A stretch of DNA of 64,000 nucleotides from an uncultured Acidobacteriota bacterium. Its GTDB lineage: Bacteria; Acidobacteriota; Thermoanaerobaculia; Thermoanaerobaculales; Sulfomarinibacteraceae. The stretch spans positions 466,093 to 530,092 of the forward strand of contig CAVWAW010000010.1 of assembly GCA_963753035.1 (NCBI GenBank), written 5' to 3'. The notes beneath the pieces are model-generated. The model had not been told where the DNA came from. It was given only the letters and a program-made list of their open reading frames with translations, and searched no databases. This document shows, piece by piece, positions 54,783-64,000 of this stretch (the stretch's first letter is position 1; the number at the start of each line of letters is the position of its first letter). The translations under genes and the position numbers were made by a program.

Positions 54783-56150
54783 ATGCGTATGAATCCGAAA
54801 ATCATCCTCGGCCTCGCACTGGTCTTCGCCGTCTGCTCGACGACCACGTTGTGGGCCGGGCTGTCGCCCGAAGAAATCGCCAAACTCGGCAACGAACTCA
54901 CACCCATGGGCGCCGAGAAGGCCGGCAATGAACTCGGGACCATCCCGGCGTGGACCGGTGGCCTCACCGAATTCCCGGCCGGATACGAACCCGGAAAGCA
55001 CTACGTCGATCCGTACGCCGGCGATGCGGCCATGTTCACCATCACAGCGGCGAACATGTCCAGCTACGCCGACAAGCTCACTCCGGGGCAACAGGCGCTC
55101 CTCAAGGCCTATCCCGATACCTACGAAATGAACGTCTACCCGACTCACCGCAGCGCCGCCTATCCCCAACGGATCTACGACAAGACGATTGAAAACGCCA
55201 AGACCGCGGAGCTCGCTCCGGGCGGCAACGGCATCACCGGCGCCATCAACGGTATCCCCTTCCCGATCCCAAAAAACGGCCAGGAAGTCATCTGGAACCA
55301 CCTGACGCGCTACCGCGCTGACAGCGCCGCCCGGGACATCGGCCAGGCGGCCCCGACCCGCGGCGGAAGCTACACTCTGGTTCAGTTCCACGACGAGTTC
55401 TACATGCAATACAGCATGGAAGGAATGACCGAGGCGGATCTCAACAACCGGATCTTTTTCTTCAAACAGGAAGTGATGGCCCCGGCGCGTCTTGCCGGTG
55501 GCATCCTGCTCGTCGCCGAAACCATGGACCAGGTCAAGGAGCACCGCAACGCGTGGCTCTACAACCCGGGCCAGCGACGGGTGCGCCGCGCGCCCAACGT
55601 GGCCTATGACAACCCGGGGACCGCCGCCGACGCCATGCGCACCTCGGATCAACTCGACATGTACAACGGCGCCATCGATCGCTATGACTGGAAACTCGTA
55701 GGCAAGAAGGAAATCTACGTTCCCTACAACTCCTACAAGCTCCAGGACCCGAGCGTGAAGTTCAGAGAGATCCTGACGCCCCTCCACATCAATCAGGATC
55801 TCGTGCGATACGAGCTGCACCGGGTCTGGGTGGTGGATGCCACTTTAAAAGAGGGCTCCCGCCACATCTACAAGCGCCGCACCTTCTATCTCGACGAGGA
55901 CAGCTGGCAGATCGTGGTCGTCGACTGCTATGACCAACGCGACCAGTTGTGGCGCGTGTCCGAAGGGCACGCAATGAGCTACTACAACGTGCCGGCCCTC
56001 TGGACCTCACTCGAAGTCCACACCGACTTGCAGGCGGGCCGCTACCTGGCCGTCGGCCTCAACAGCGAAAACGCACCGTACCAATTCTTCATCAAACGCT
56101 CGCTCGAGGACTACTCCCCGGCGGCGCTGCGCCGTTCGGGTAAGCGCTGA
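54783..56150 (+). CDS. DUF1329 family periplasmic protein
   Basis: LTPMGAEKAGN..IPAWTGG, PFPIPKNG, AWLYNPGQRRVRRAP, RYELHRVWVV, YLDEDSW. Confidence 0.92.
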   Translation: MRMNPKIILGLALVFAVCSTTTLWAGLSPEEIAKLGNELTPMGAEKAGNELGTIPAWTGGLTEFPAGYEPGKHYVDPYAGDAAMFTITAANMSSYADKLTPGQQALLKAYPDTYEMNVYPTHRSAAYPQRIYDKTIENAKTAELAPGGNGITGAINGIPFPIPKNGQEVIWNHLTRYRADSAARDIGQAAPTRGGSYTLVQFHDEFYMQYSMEGMTEADLNNRIFFFKQEVMAPARLAGGILLVAETMDQVKEHRNAWLYNPGQRRVRRAPNVAYDNPGTAADAMRTSDQLDMYNGAIDRYDWKLVGKKEIYVPYNSYKLQDPSVKFREILTPLHINQDLVRYELHRVWVVDATLKEGSRHIYKRRTFYLDEDSWQIVVVDCYDQRDQLWRVSEGHAMSYYNVPALWTSLEVHTDLQAGRYLAVGLNSENAPYQFFIKRSLEDYSPAALRRSGKR

Positions 56151-56166
56151 TCCATAGATTGAGAGC

Positions 56167-56198
56167 CGAGCGGGCCGGCAACGGCCCGCTCGCTTTTT
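56167..56198 (+). terminator. Intra-operon Rho-independent terminator
   Basis: cgagcgggccg-gcaa-cggcccgctcg-cttttt. Confidence 0.75.
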
Positions 56199-56224
56199 GA
56201 CCACACCATTCTGGAGAGCCAACC

Positions 56225-57265
56225 ATGGACACCATCTCATCGGGCATAGACTCCGCCCGCCGGACCGGGCGTCTTGAAATCGCGCGCTGCGCTGCGAACC
56301 GCTGGGCCCTACTGGTCGCCCTGTTGGTCGTCGCGCTGGCGCAAGGAGCAGGAATCGCGAAAGCCCAGGAAGCCGAACTCGAGGTTTCGGTCATGGCGCC
56401 GCTCGCATCCAAATCGCTCATGCTCGACGCGGTCGTCCTTGCCGACCGTCTGGTGGCGGTCGGCGAACGCGGCCATATCCTGATCTCGTCCGACGATGGC
56501 GCGAGTTGGCGACAGGTCGAGGTTCCCACCCGAGTCATGTTGACCGCCGTCGCCTTTGTCGACAACGAGGTTGGGGTTGCCGTCGGCCACGATTCGGTGA
56601 TCATCCGGACCACCGATGGGGGCGACACCTGGACTCAGGTCTACAGCGCACCCGAAGACGAGGCGCCGTTTTTCGGCGTCTGGTTTGCCGATGCCGACAA
56701 CGGCATCGCGTTCGGTGCCTATGGGAGTCACTTCAGAACAGCCGACGGCGGGCTGACCTGGGACTTCGAACCCATCGGCGAAACCGACTGGCACCTCCAC
56801 GAACTCGCCCGCGCCGACAACGGAAAGCTCTACCTCGCCGCCGAGGCCGGCTATGCCTACCGCTCCGACGATGGTGGCGAGAACTGGCTCGAACTCCCAT
56901 CGCCCTACGAGGGATCGTACTTCGGCGTACTGCCGTTGGACGGTGATGCCGTCCTTATCTACGGTCTCCGAGGACACCTCTTTCGATCGGACGACGCAGG
57001 CGAGAACTGGGAGGAGATCCCGACCGGAACGGTGGCCCTGCTCACCAGCGGCATCCGACTCGATGACGGGACCATCGTCATCGCCGGTCTGGGCGGGGCT
57101 GTCCTGGTCTCGACCGATGAGGGCCACGAATTCAACTTCCACCAGCAGCCCGATCGGCTCGGCATCTCGACCGTGGTCGAGACCACCGACGGCTCGCTGC
57201 TGATGGTCGGAGAGTTCGGAGTCCGAATGGCGACGATCACCGAACTCGCCGCCGCGGCGAAATGA
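56225..57265 (+). CDS. YCF48/BNR-repeat beta-propeller protein
   Basis: AVGERGHIL, repeated S.DGG..W Asp-boxes, PSPYEGSYFG, GLRG. Confidence 0.88.
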   Translation: MDTISSGIDSARRTGRLEIARCAANRWALLVALLVVALAQGAGIAKAQEAELEVSVMAPLASKSLMLDAVVLADRLVAVGERGHILISSDDGASWRQVEVPTRVMLTAVAFVDNEVGVAVGHDSVIIRTTDGGDTWTQVYSAPEDEAPFFGVWFADADNGIAFGAYGSHFRTADGGLTWDFEPIGETDWHLHELARADNGKLYLAAEAGYAYRSDDGGENWLELPSPYEGSYFGVLPLDGDAVLIYGLRGHLFRSDDAGENWEEIPTGTVALLTSGIRLDDGTIVIAGLGGAVLVSTDEGHEFNFHQQPDRLGISTVVETTDGSLLMVGEFGVRMATITELAAAAK

Positions 57266-57278
57266 GGGGGAGACAACC

Positions 57279-59588
57279 ATGAAAGAGATGTTGGACAATC
57301 TGGTCTTCAATCACCGCAAAGCGGTGGTCGTTCTCTTCCTCGTACTCACGATCGTCATGGCCTGGCAGGCTTCTCACCTCAAGATCGATGCCGGCTTCGC
57401 CAAGCTTCTTCCCCTCAAACACCAATATATGCAGACCTTTGTCGAGTACCGCGACGCCTACGGCGGCGCCAACAAAGTCGTCATCGCCATCAAAGCAAAA
57501 GAAGGCGACATCTTCACCCCCGAGTTCTTCGAGATTCTCGCCGAAGTCACCGATGAGGTTTTCTTCATCCCCGGTGTCGACCGAACCCGGGTCATGTCGC
57601 TCTTTACACCCAACGTCCGCTTCACCGAGGTTGTCGAAGACGGCATCGCGGGCGGTAACGTCATCCCCGCCGACTTCGAATCCACCCCCGAGGGTCTCGC
57701 CAGGGTCCGCGAGAATATCCTCAAGTCCAACTACATGGGGCGGCTGGTCGCCAATGATTTCTCCGCCGCCATCATCGTCGCCGAGCTCCTCGATGTGAAT
57801 CCCGACACCGGTGAAAAGCTCGATGTGATCGAAATGGCGTCCCAGTTCGAAGGCATCCGCGAGAAGTACAGCGCCGATCCGAGGGGCGCCGCCTTCGACT
57901 ACCACATCATCGGATTCGCCAAGGTCATCGGCGACATCGCCGCCGGCGCAGCCCGGGTGGTGCTCTTCTTCCTCATCGCCTTCACCATCACTGCGGTTTT
58001 CGTCTATGTCTACTCTCAGAGCTTCAAGATGACGGTCATCGTCGTCGGCTGCTCGTTGATGGCGGTGATCTGGCAACTTGGATTGCTCACTTTCCTCGGC
58101 TTCGGGATCGACCCAATGTCCATCCTGGTGCCGTTTCTGGTCTTCGCCATCGGGGTGAGCCACGGCGTCCAGATGGTCAGCGCCTTCCGCGCCGAGGTCG
58201 CCGAGGGATCGGAAAGTCTGGCGGCCGCCCGCTCGACCTTCCGCCGCCTGCTCGTACCCGGCGGGATCGCGCTGCTGTCCGACACCATCGGCTTCATTAC
58301 CATCATGCTCATCGAAATCCGGATGATCCAGGAAATGGCCATCACCGCAAGCCTCGGTGTCGCCATCATCATCCTCACCGATCTCATCCTGGTGCCGGTA
58401 CTGCTGTCCTATGTCCGTCTCGATGAGACCTACATGGCCAAGATGCTTGATCGCGCCGCCCATCTGGACCGCCTCTGGACCTCGCTGGCCAAGGTAGCGA
58501 CCCCCCGCAACGCGACCGTTATCATCGCCATTGCGGCGGTGCTCTTCATCGCCGGCGGGTGGAAGGCGACCCAGATCAAAATCGGCGACCTCCACGCCGG
58601 GGTCCCCGAACTCAGAGCCACCTCGCAGTACAACATCGACACCGATGTCATCACCAGCAACTTCGCCATCGGCGTGGACGTGATCACGACCATCATCGAG
58701 ACCCACCCCGAAGCCTGCACCGAGTACGAGACCATGACTCTCATTGACGACTTCGAGTGGACGATCCGAAACGTCGATGGGGTCCAGTCGGTCTTCGGCA
58801 TCGGCATGGTGGCGAAAATCATCAACGCCGGCTGGAACGAGGGGTCGCTCAAATGGCGCGAACTGCCGCGCAACCCTTCGACCATGGCCCAGGCGGTGAC
58901 CTACATCGACACCAGCACCGGTCTGCTCAACGGCGAGTGCAGCATCATGCCGGTCTACATCTACACCGTCGACCACAAGGCCGAGACCATCGACCGGGTC
59001 GTGGCCGCGGTCAAAGCGTTCAATGACGAACACGGAACCGAGGACATCAAGTTCCGCCTCGCCACCGGCAACGTCGGTGTCATGGCGGCCACAAACGAGG
59101 CTGTCTCGGAGGCCCAGTTCCCCATCCTCATGTGGGTCTTCGCCGCCATCATTCTGCTCTGTCTCCTCACATTCAGATCCATCAAGGCGACCCTGAGCAT
59201 CGTGATTCCCCTCGCTCTCGTGTCGATTCTCGCCTACGCTCTGATGGCCTACCTCGAGATCGGCCTCAAGACATCGACCCTGCCGGTGGTCGCTCTCGGC
59301 GTCGGCATCGGCGTCGACTACGGAATCTACATCTACAGCCGGTTCAAGAGCTTCCTCGCCGACGGTCTGGACATTCCAACCGCCTATCTCGAGACCCTGA
59401 GAATCACGGGTGTGGGAGTGATCTTCACCGGAATCACCCTGGCCATGGGCGTCGCCACCTGGATCTTCGCGCCCATCAAGTTCCAGGCCGACATGGGCAT
59501 CCTGCTCACCTTCATGTTCCTGCTCAACATGCTAGGGGCCATCGTGCTGCTGCCGGCGCTGGCGTGTTGGATGAAGCCGAAAGGGTGA
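57279..59588 (+). CDS. RND/MMPL family transporter
   Basis: Two 6-TM halves; AIGVSHGVQ, GIGVDYGIY; standard partner of DUF1302/DUF1329. Confidence 0.92.
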   Translation: MKEMLDNLVFNHRKAVVVLFLVLTIVMAWQASHLKIDAGFAKLLPLKHQYMQTFVEYRDAYGGANKVVIAIKAKEGDIFTPEFFEILAEVTDEVFFIPGVDRTRVMSLFTPNVRFTEVVEDGIAGGNVIPADFESTPEGLARVRENILKSNYMGRLVANDFSAAIIVAELLDVNPDTGEKLDVIEMASQFEGIREKYSADPRGAAFDYHIIGFAKVIGDIAAGAARVVLFFLIAFTITAVFVYVYSQSFKMTVIVVGCSLMAVIWQLGLLTFLGFGIDPMSILVPFLVFAIGVSHGVQMVSAFRAEVAEGSESLAAARSTFRRLLVPGGIALLSDTIGFITIMLIEIRMIQEMAITASLGVAIIILTDLILVPVLLSYVRLDETYMAKMLDRAAHLDRLWTSLAKVATPRNATVIIAIAAVLFIAGGWKATQIKIGDLHAGVPELRATSQYNIDTDVITSNFAIGVDVITTIIETHPEACTEYETMTLIDDFEWTIRNVDGVQSVFGIGMVAKIINAGWNEGSLKWRELPRNPSTMAQAVTYIDTSTGLLNGECSIMPVYIYTVDHKAETIDRVVAAVKAFNDEHGTEDIKFRLATGNVGVMAATNEAVSEAQFPILMWVFAAIILLCLLTFRSIKATLSIVIPLALVSILAYALMAYLEIGLKTSTLPVVALGVGIGVDYGIYIYSRFKSFLADGLDIPTAYLETLRITGVGVIFTGITLAMGVATWIFAPIKFQADMGILLTFMFLLNMLGAIVLLPALACWMKPKG

Positions 59589-59645
59589 AAGCAGTTTTGA
59601 GTTCTTAATTTTGAGTTCTTAATTCCATCGCAACATCCAGACCTT

Positions 59646-59672
59646 ACCGGCGGCCTCCGGCCGCCGGTTTTC
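59646..59672 (+). terminator. Rho-independent terminator
   Basis: accggcggcc-tcc-ggccgccggt-tttc. Confidence 0.7.
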
Positions 59673-59827
59673 TGTGCACCGGTGGCGGAAAGACATGACC
59701 GGAACCGGCCCTCTCCGGACTTCACCGCCCGTTGAACCCGGTCTTGAGGATTCCTCGAACCCGATCTGTGTAACGTCCTCGCATCGGATGGGCGACAATA
59801 CGGTGATCAAGTATGTGAGGTGACCCC

Positions 59828-61534
59828 ATGACCACGCTCCGCCGACTCGCCACACGAATCCCTGCCGGACTGCTGAGTCCGGTCCTCGTCATCGCAGCGC
59901 TCACCGGGTGTGCCCCACCGGTTCAATACGATCTGGTCCTGCGCAACGGCACCCTCTACGACGGCACCGGAACGCCCGGCGTCGTGGGAGATCTCGCTAT
60001 CGACGGTGACACCATCGTTGCCATCGGCGATCTCGGACGAGCCAAAGGGATCACCGAAATCGATGTCCAGGGTCTGGCAGTGGCTCCTGGCTTCATCAAC
60101 ATGCTTTCGTGGGCGGGCGTGTCGCTCATCGAGGACGGCCACTCGCAAAGTGATATCCGCCAGGGCGTCACCCTCGAGGTCATGGGCGAGGGCAACTCCA
60201 TGGGCCCCCTCAACCAGGCCATGAAGGAAGAAGCGATCCGCCGCCAGGGCGACATCAAATTCGACATCGAATGGACCACGCTGGATGAGTATCTTCGGTT
60301 CCTCGAGGACCGTGGCATTTCCACCAATGTCGCATCATTCATCGGCGCCGCAACCCCCCGCGAGATGGTCATCGGCTATGACGATCGGGACCCCTCCGCG
60401 GAAGAACTCGACGAGATGCGCGCCGTAGTTCGATCGGCCATGGAGGAGGGCGCCATGGGGGTCGCATCGGCGCTCATCTACCCACCCGGGAGCTTCGCCG
60501 AACCCGGCGAACTCCTCTCGTTGGCTCAAGTTGCAGCCGAATACGATGGAATGTACATCTCCCACGTCCGTGGAGAGGGCGCCCACCTCATCGAGGCCAT
60601 CGATGAACTCGTCACCATCGCTCGCGAAACGGGTGTTCGCGCCGAGATCTACCACCTGAAGTCCTCCGGTCAGAAAAACTGGCCGCTCTTCGATGACGCC
60701 GTCGCCCTGATCGAGCAGGCCCGAGCCGAAGGGGTCGAGATCACGGCCGATGTCTACACCTACCCGGCCGGCGCCACCGGGCTCAACGCCAGCATGCCGC
60801 CGTGGGTCCAGGAAGGTGGATTCGACTCCTCCCTCGCGCGCCTCGCCGACCCGACGCTGCGCAAACGCATCGCAAAGGAAATGCTGCAGGAATCTGACAC
60901 CTGGGAGAATATGTACCTCGGCGCGGGCTCACCGGAGAACATCCTGCTCGTTGGCTTCAACACCGAGGAACTCAAACCATACACCGGCAAGACCCTCGCC
61001 GAGGTGGCCGCCATCCGCGGCACCTCGCCCGAAGTCACCGCCATGGACCTCATCGTCGAGGACGGATCGCGGGTCGACACGATCTACTTCAGCCAGTCCG
61101 AGGATGTCCTCCAAAGAGCGGTGGGCCTGCCGTGGGTGAGCTTCTGTTCCGACGAGGCCTCTCCCGCCGCCGAGGGCGTCTTCCTCAAGAGCAACGCCCA
61201 CCCTCGAGCCTATGGCAGCTTTGCCCGCCTCCTCGCCAAGTACGTCCGGGACGAGCAGGTTCTGCCCCTCGAAGAGGCCATCCGCAAACTCACCGGCTTT
61301 CCCGCGGCCAATCTCAGGCTCGATCGCCGGGGTCTCCTGGAGGAGGGCTGTTTTGCCGATGTCGTCGTCTTTGACCCCGACAAAATCCAGGACCACGCCA
61401 CTTTCGTCGAGCCTCACCAGTACGCCACCGGGATGGTTCATGTCTTTGTCAACGGAACACCGGTTATCAATCACGGAGAGCACACCGGCGCGAAGCCAGG
61501 GAGGGTGGTGCGTGGGCCGGGTTGGAGAGGGTAG
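59828..61534 (+). CDS. N-acyl-D-amino-acid deacylase family lipoprotein
   Basis: LTGC lipobox; YDGTG, APGFI, QGVT, SHVRGE, IYHLK, CSD, HPRAYGSF, ADVVVFDP. Confidence 0.88.
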   Translation: MTTLRRLATRIPAGLLSPVLVIAALTGCAPPVQYDLVLRNGTLYDGTGTPGVVGDLAIDGDTIVAIGDLGRAKGITEIDVQGLAVAPGFINMLSWAGVSLIEDGHSQSDIRQGVTLEVMGEGNSMGPLNQAMKEEAIRRQGDIKFDIEWTTLDEYLRFLEDRGISTNVASFIGAATPREMVIGYDDRDPSAEELDEMRAVVRSAMEEGAMGVASALIYPPGSFAEPGELLSLAQVAAEYDGMYISHVRGEGAHLIEAIDELVTIARETGVRAEIYHLKSSGQKNWPLFDDAVALIEQARAEGVEITADVYTYPAGATGLNASMPPWVQEGGFDSSLARLADPTLRKRIAKEMLQESDTWENMYLGAGSPENILLVGFNTEELKPYTGKTLAEVAAIRGTSPEVTAMDLIVEDGSRVDTIYFSQSEDVLQRAVGLPWVSFCSDEASPAAEGVFLKSNAHPRAYGSFARLLAKYVRDEQVLPLEEAIRKLTGFPAANLRLDRRGLLEEGCFADVVVFDPDKIQDHATFVEPHQYATGMVHVFVNGTPVINHGEHTGAKPGRVVRGPGWRG

Positions 61535-61991
61535 GAACGGATGCTGAATTCTGGATGCCGAATTCTGGATGCCACCAAGAGTAGCCTCTTAGCCCGCGAC
61601 TGATCACAGTAGTAGACGCCGCTAGCTTTGAGTCGTGATCCGTGAATCCTGGGCGAGTATTGTCAGGGAATTGCTGCGTTTCCGGGATCTCGCCACGCCG
61701 TTATCAATTGCCGTCTAGACGAAGTCCCTGGGGCCATCCGGAAAGCGAGGAACTACCTGCAATCAAAGACTCACGACTTGCTCAGCGATGGTGGGGGTGA
61801 TCGAGGAGAGGTGTGAGGCGAATACGACCACTGTTCACCCGGCCCCCGGCCCTTGAAGGACCTCGGCACCCTGCGATGGGTCAAATTGCATCCTTGGCGG
61901 CAACTCTGCGACCTTTGCGGCTCCGCGGATCCATTGTGCCTCCCGGACCAGATCGTCGACGACCGAGGTCGTGGCGCGCGCTGCACCATCG

Positions 61992-62104
61992 GGCACGAGG
62001 CACGGGTACGGGCGCGGGCACGGATGCGGACGCGGACGCTGCGTCGGGAACGGGATCGGGATCGGGATCGGGATCGGGAACGGATGCGGATGCGGACGCG
62101 GGAT
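61992..62104. repeat. Degenerate hexamer tandem repeat (cgggat/cgggca/cggatg)
   Basis: cgggaacgggatcgggatcgggatcgggatcgggaacggatgcggatgcggac. Confidence 0.8.
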
Positions 62105-62138
62105 GAGACTCGCTATACTTTCCACTCGGAGGAAACGA

Positions 62139-62858
62139 ATGGCCACACCGCACATCAACGCCGAACCCGGCGATTTCGCCCCCACCGTCCTCATGCCCGG
62201 CGATCCGCTCCGGGCGAAGTACATCGCCGAGAACTTCTCGAGGACGCACGCCTGGTCTGCGATGTCCGAAATGTCTTCGGCTTCACCGGCGGCTATCGGG
62301 GTCTCGAGATCTCGATCATGGCGCACGGGATGGGGATTCCCTCGGCCTCGATCTATTTCTCCGAGCTCATGGAACACTTCGGTGTCAAACGCATCATGAG
62401 GGTCGGCAGCTGCGGCACGTCCCACCCCGATGTCAAACTCCGCGACATCGTCATCGCCATGGGCGCCTCCACCGATTCCGGGGTCAACCGGACCCGGTTC
62501 ATGGGCCACGACCTCGCCGCCCTCGCGAGCTTCAACCTCGTCCGCCACGCCGTCGATATCGCCGAAGCGCGGGAGTTGCCCGTACCACGTCGGCAACATC
62601 TTCTCCGCCGATCTCTTCTACACCCCGCAGCCCGAGATCTTCGATCTCATGGCGAAGTACCAGATCCTCGGGGTCGAGATGGAGTCGGCCGGGCTCTATC
62701 CCCTCGCGGCCGAGCACGGCGTCGAGGCCCTCGCGGTGTGCACCGTCAGCGACAACATCCGCACCCACGAGGCCATGTCATCGGAAGACCGGCAGACGAG
62801 CTTCAACGACATGATCGAGCTCGCGTTGGAGACCGCGGTCGCCGCCAGCGAGGAATGA
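62139..62858 (+). CDS. deoD: Purine nucleoside phosphorylase DeoD-type (frameshifted)
   Basis: [49 protein letters not shown]. Confidence 0.93.
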
Positions 62859-62884
62859 ACCGCCAGGACGCAAGGATCGCCAAT

Positions 62885-63408
62885 CATCGCAGACATCGCA
62901 TCATCGCAGAAAAAAACGCAGAGGCGCAGAGACGCAGAGATCCATCGCAGGGGTGGGCGCGATTCCTCGGGAGTGGTTCATTTGATCGCGATTCGACGCA
63001 AAGGCGCGAAGGCGCAGAGCATCGCATTCCATCGCGATCGGCCACGGATCGGACCGAGTACCGACTTGAGCTCTTTCGGTCTGATCGTCGCCAACCGGCC
63101 GGTCGGACGCCTACGGCACGACCGCCCGGCCCCCAGTACTTCGAGGATTTCGCACACCAACTGATCGAGAGCGGGACCAAGGCGGAGCCGGCGCGCCGTA
63201 GGCGTGGCGGCCTGTTGATCGGGCCGGCGGGACGAACACTGGTGTTCGGAGCGCCGGCTCGATCAACAGGTGGTGGCGGTCCGACCGTCACCGACTCCGC
63301 CGTGATCTTCGGGTCCGATGTCTGCGATGCCTCTGCGTCTCTGCGCCCCTGCGTCTCTGCGTTGATTTGCGATGGCTTTGCGCCTTTGCGCCTTCGCGCC
63401 TTTGCGTT
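62885..63408. other. Branched palindromic intergenic element flanked by inverted octamer tandem repeats
   Basis: Left cgcagagg/cgcaaagg repeats, right ctctgcg/ctttgcg repeats; internal stems described under findings. Confidence 0.65.
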
Positions 63409-63416
63409 GAAAACCG

Positions 63417-64000
63417 TCAGTCGGCCGTGAGAACCGCTCCCGTCGAGGCACTGGTGACCATCTTCGAGTAGCGCTTGAGCCAGCGGCTCTCGGTCGCTAC
63501 CTCGAACGGCGGCAGCGCATCGAGACGCGCCGCAATCTCCTCATCGCTCAGCGCGACGTCGAGGGTCCGCGCATCGACATCGATGGAGATGACGTCGCCG
63601 GGTTCGAGAGCCGCGATGGGTCCACGGGCGGCCGCTTCGGGGCTGATGTGACCGATGCAGGCGCCCCGGGTCCCCCCGAAAATCGGCCGTCGGTGATGAG
63701 CGCGACGCTCTCACCAAGCCCCATCCCCATGATCGCGCTGGTCGGGCTCAGCATCTCCTGCATCCCGGGTCCGCCCGATGGGCCCTCGTAGCGGATCACC
63801 ACCACCTCACCGGCTGAGACCTCGCCCGCATAGATTCCCCGCAGGGCGTCATCCTGCGACTCGTAGATCCTCGCCGGACCGCTGTGGCGACGCATAACGG
63901 GATCAACCGCGCCGGTCTTCACCACTGATCCTTCGGGGGCCAGGTTTCCGAAGAGCACCGCCAAACCTCCGGTCTTTGAGTGAGGGTGGTCAAAGGAGAG
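63417..64000 (-). CDS. ilvD: Dihydroxy-acid dehydratase, C-terminal part (frameshift ~63675)
   Basis: [58 protein letters not shown]. Confidence 0.93.

Noticed and set aside
61780-61850. tRNA/tmRNA 3' end on the minus strand (tggtggggg)
   Set aside because: No T-arm consensus at the expected spacing and no matching acceptor stem.

Overview
GC-rich bacterial chromosomal window of housekeeping, envelope and metabolic genes. The gene content is compatible with an Acidobacteriota (Thermoanaerobaculia-like) genome, but that is inference only. Many genes are split by single-base indels, most simply explained as uncorrected long-read errors. Gene blocks: a GAF-GGDEF cyclase; methyltransferase and GT2; a DUF1800/DUF1501 pair; ArnT-like GT39 (two copies); recQ; a Ser/Thr kinase-TPR; a PLP lyase, O-antigen-ligase-like gene and beta-propeller; thiI with a NapG-like ferredoxin; cinA-thpR-plsY-gpsA; a penicillin-acylase-family hydrolase; a Na+-translocating acyl-CoA decarboxylase cluster (mmdADCB order) followed by a divergent formiminotransferase, a PrpD-family gene and a fused fungal-type homoaconitase; lemA-TPM-TPM; a pentaheme cytochrome c; asnB; REC-PAS-GGDEF-EAL; the DUF1302-DUF1329-YCF48-RND cassette; a D-aminoacylase; deoD; and part of ilvD. 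No rRNA, tRNA, CRISPR array or transposase was recognised. The most striking unexplained signal is non-coding. A ~270-nt multi-hairpin element occurs as 8 near-complete and 2 partial copies, all on the + strand, with compensatory base changes between copies. It is assembled in mosaics with GTAG-type REP pairs, including a 2.2-kb composite array. A second, unrelated ~270-nt branched structure lies nested in inverted octamer repeats between deoD and ilvD.
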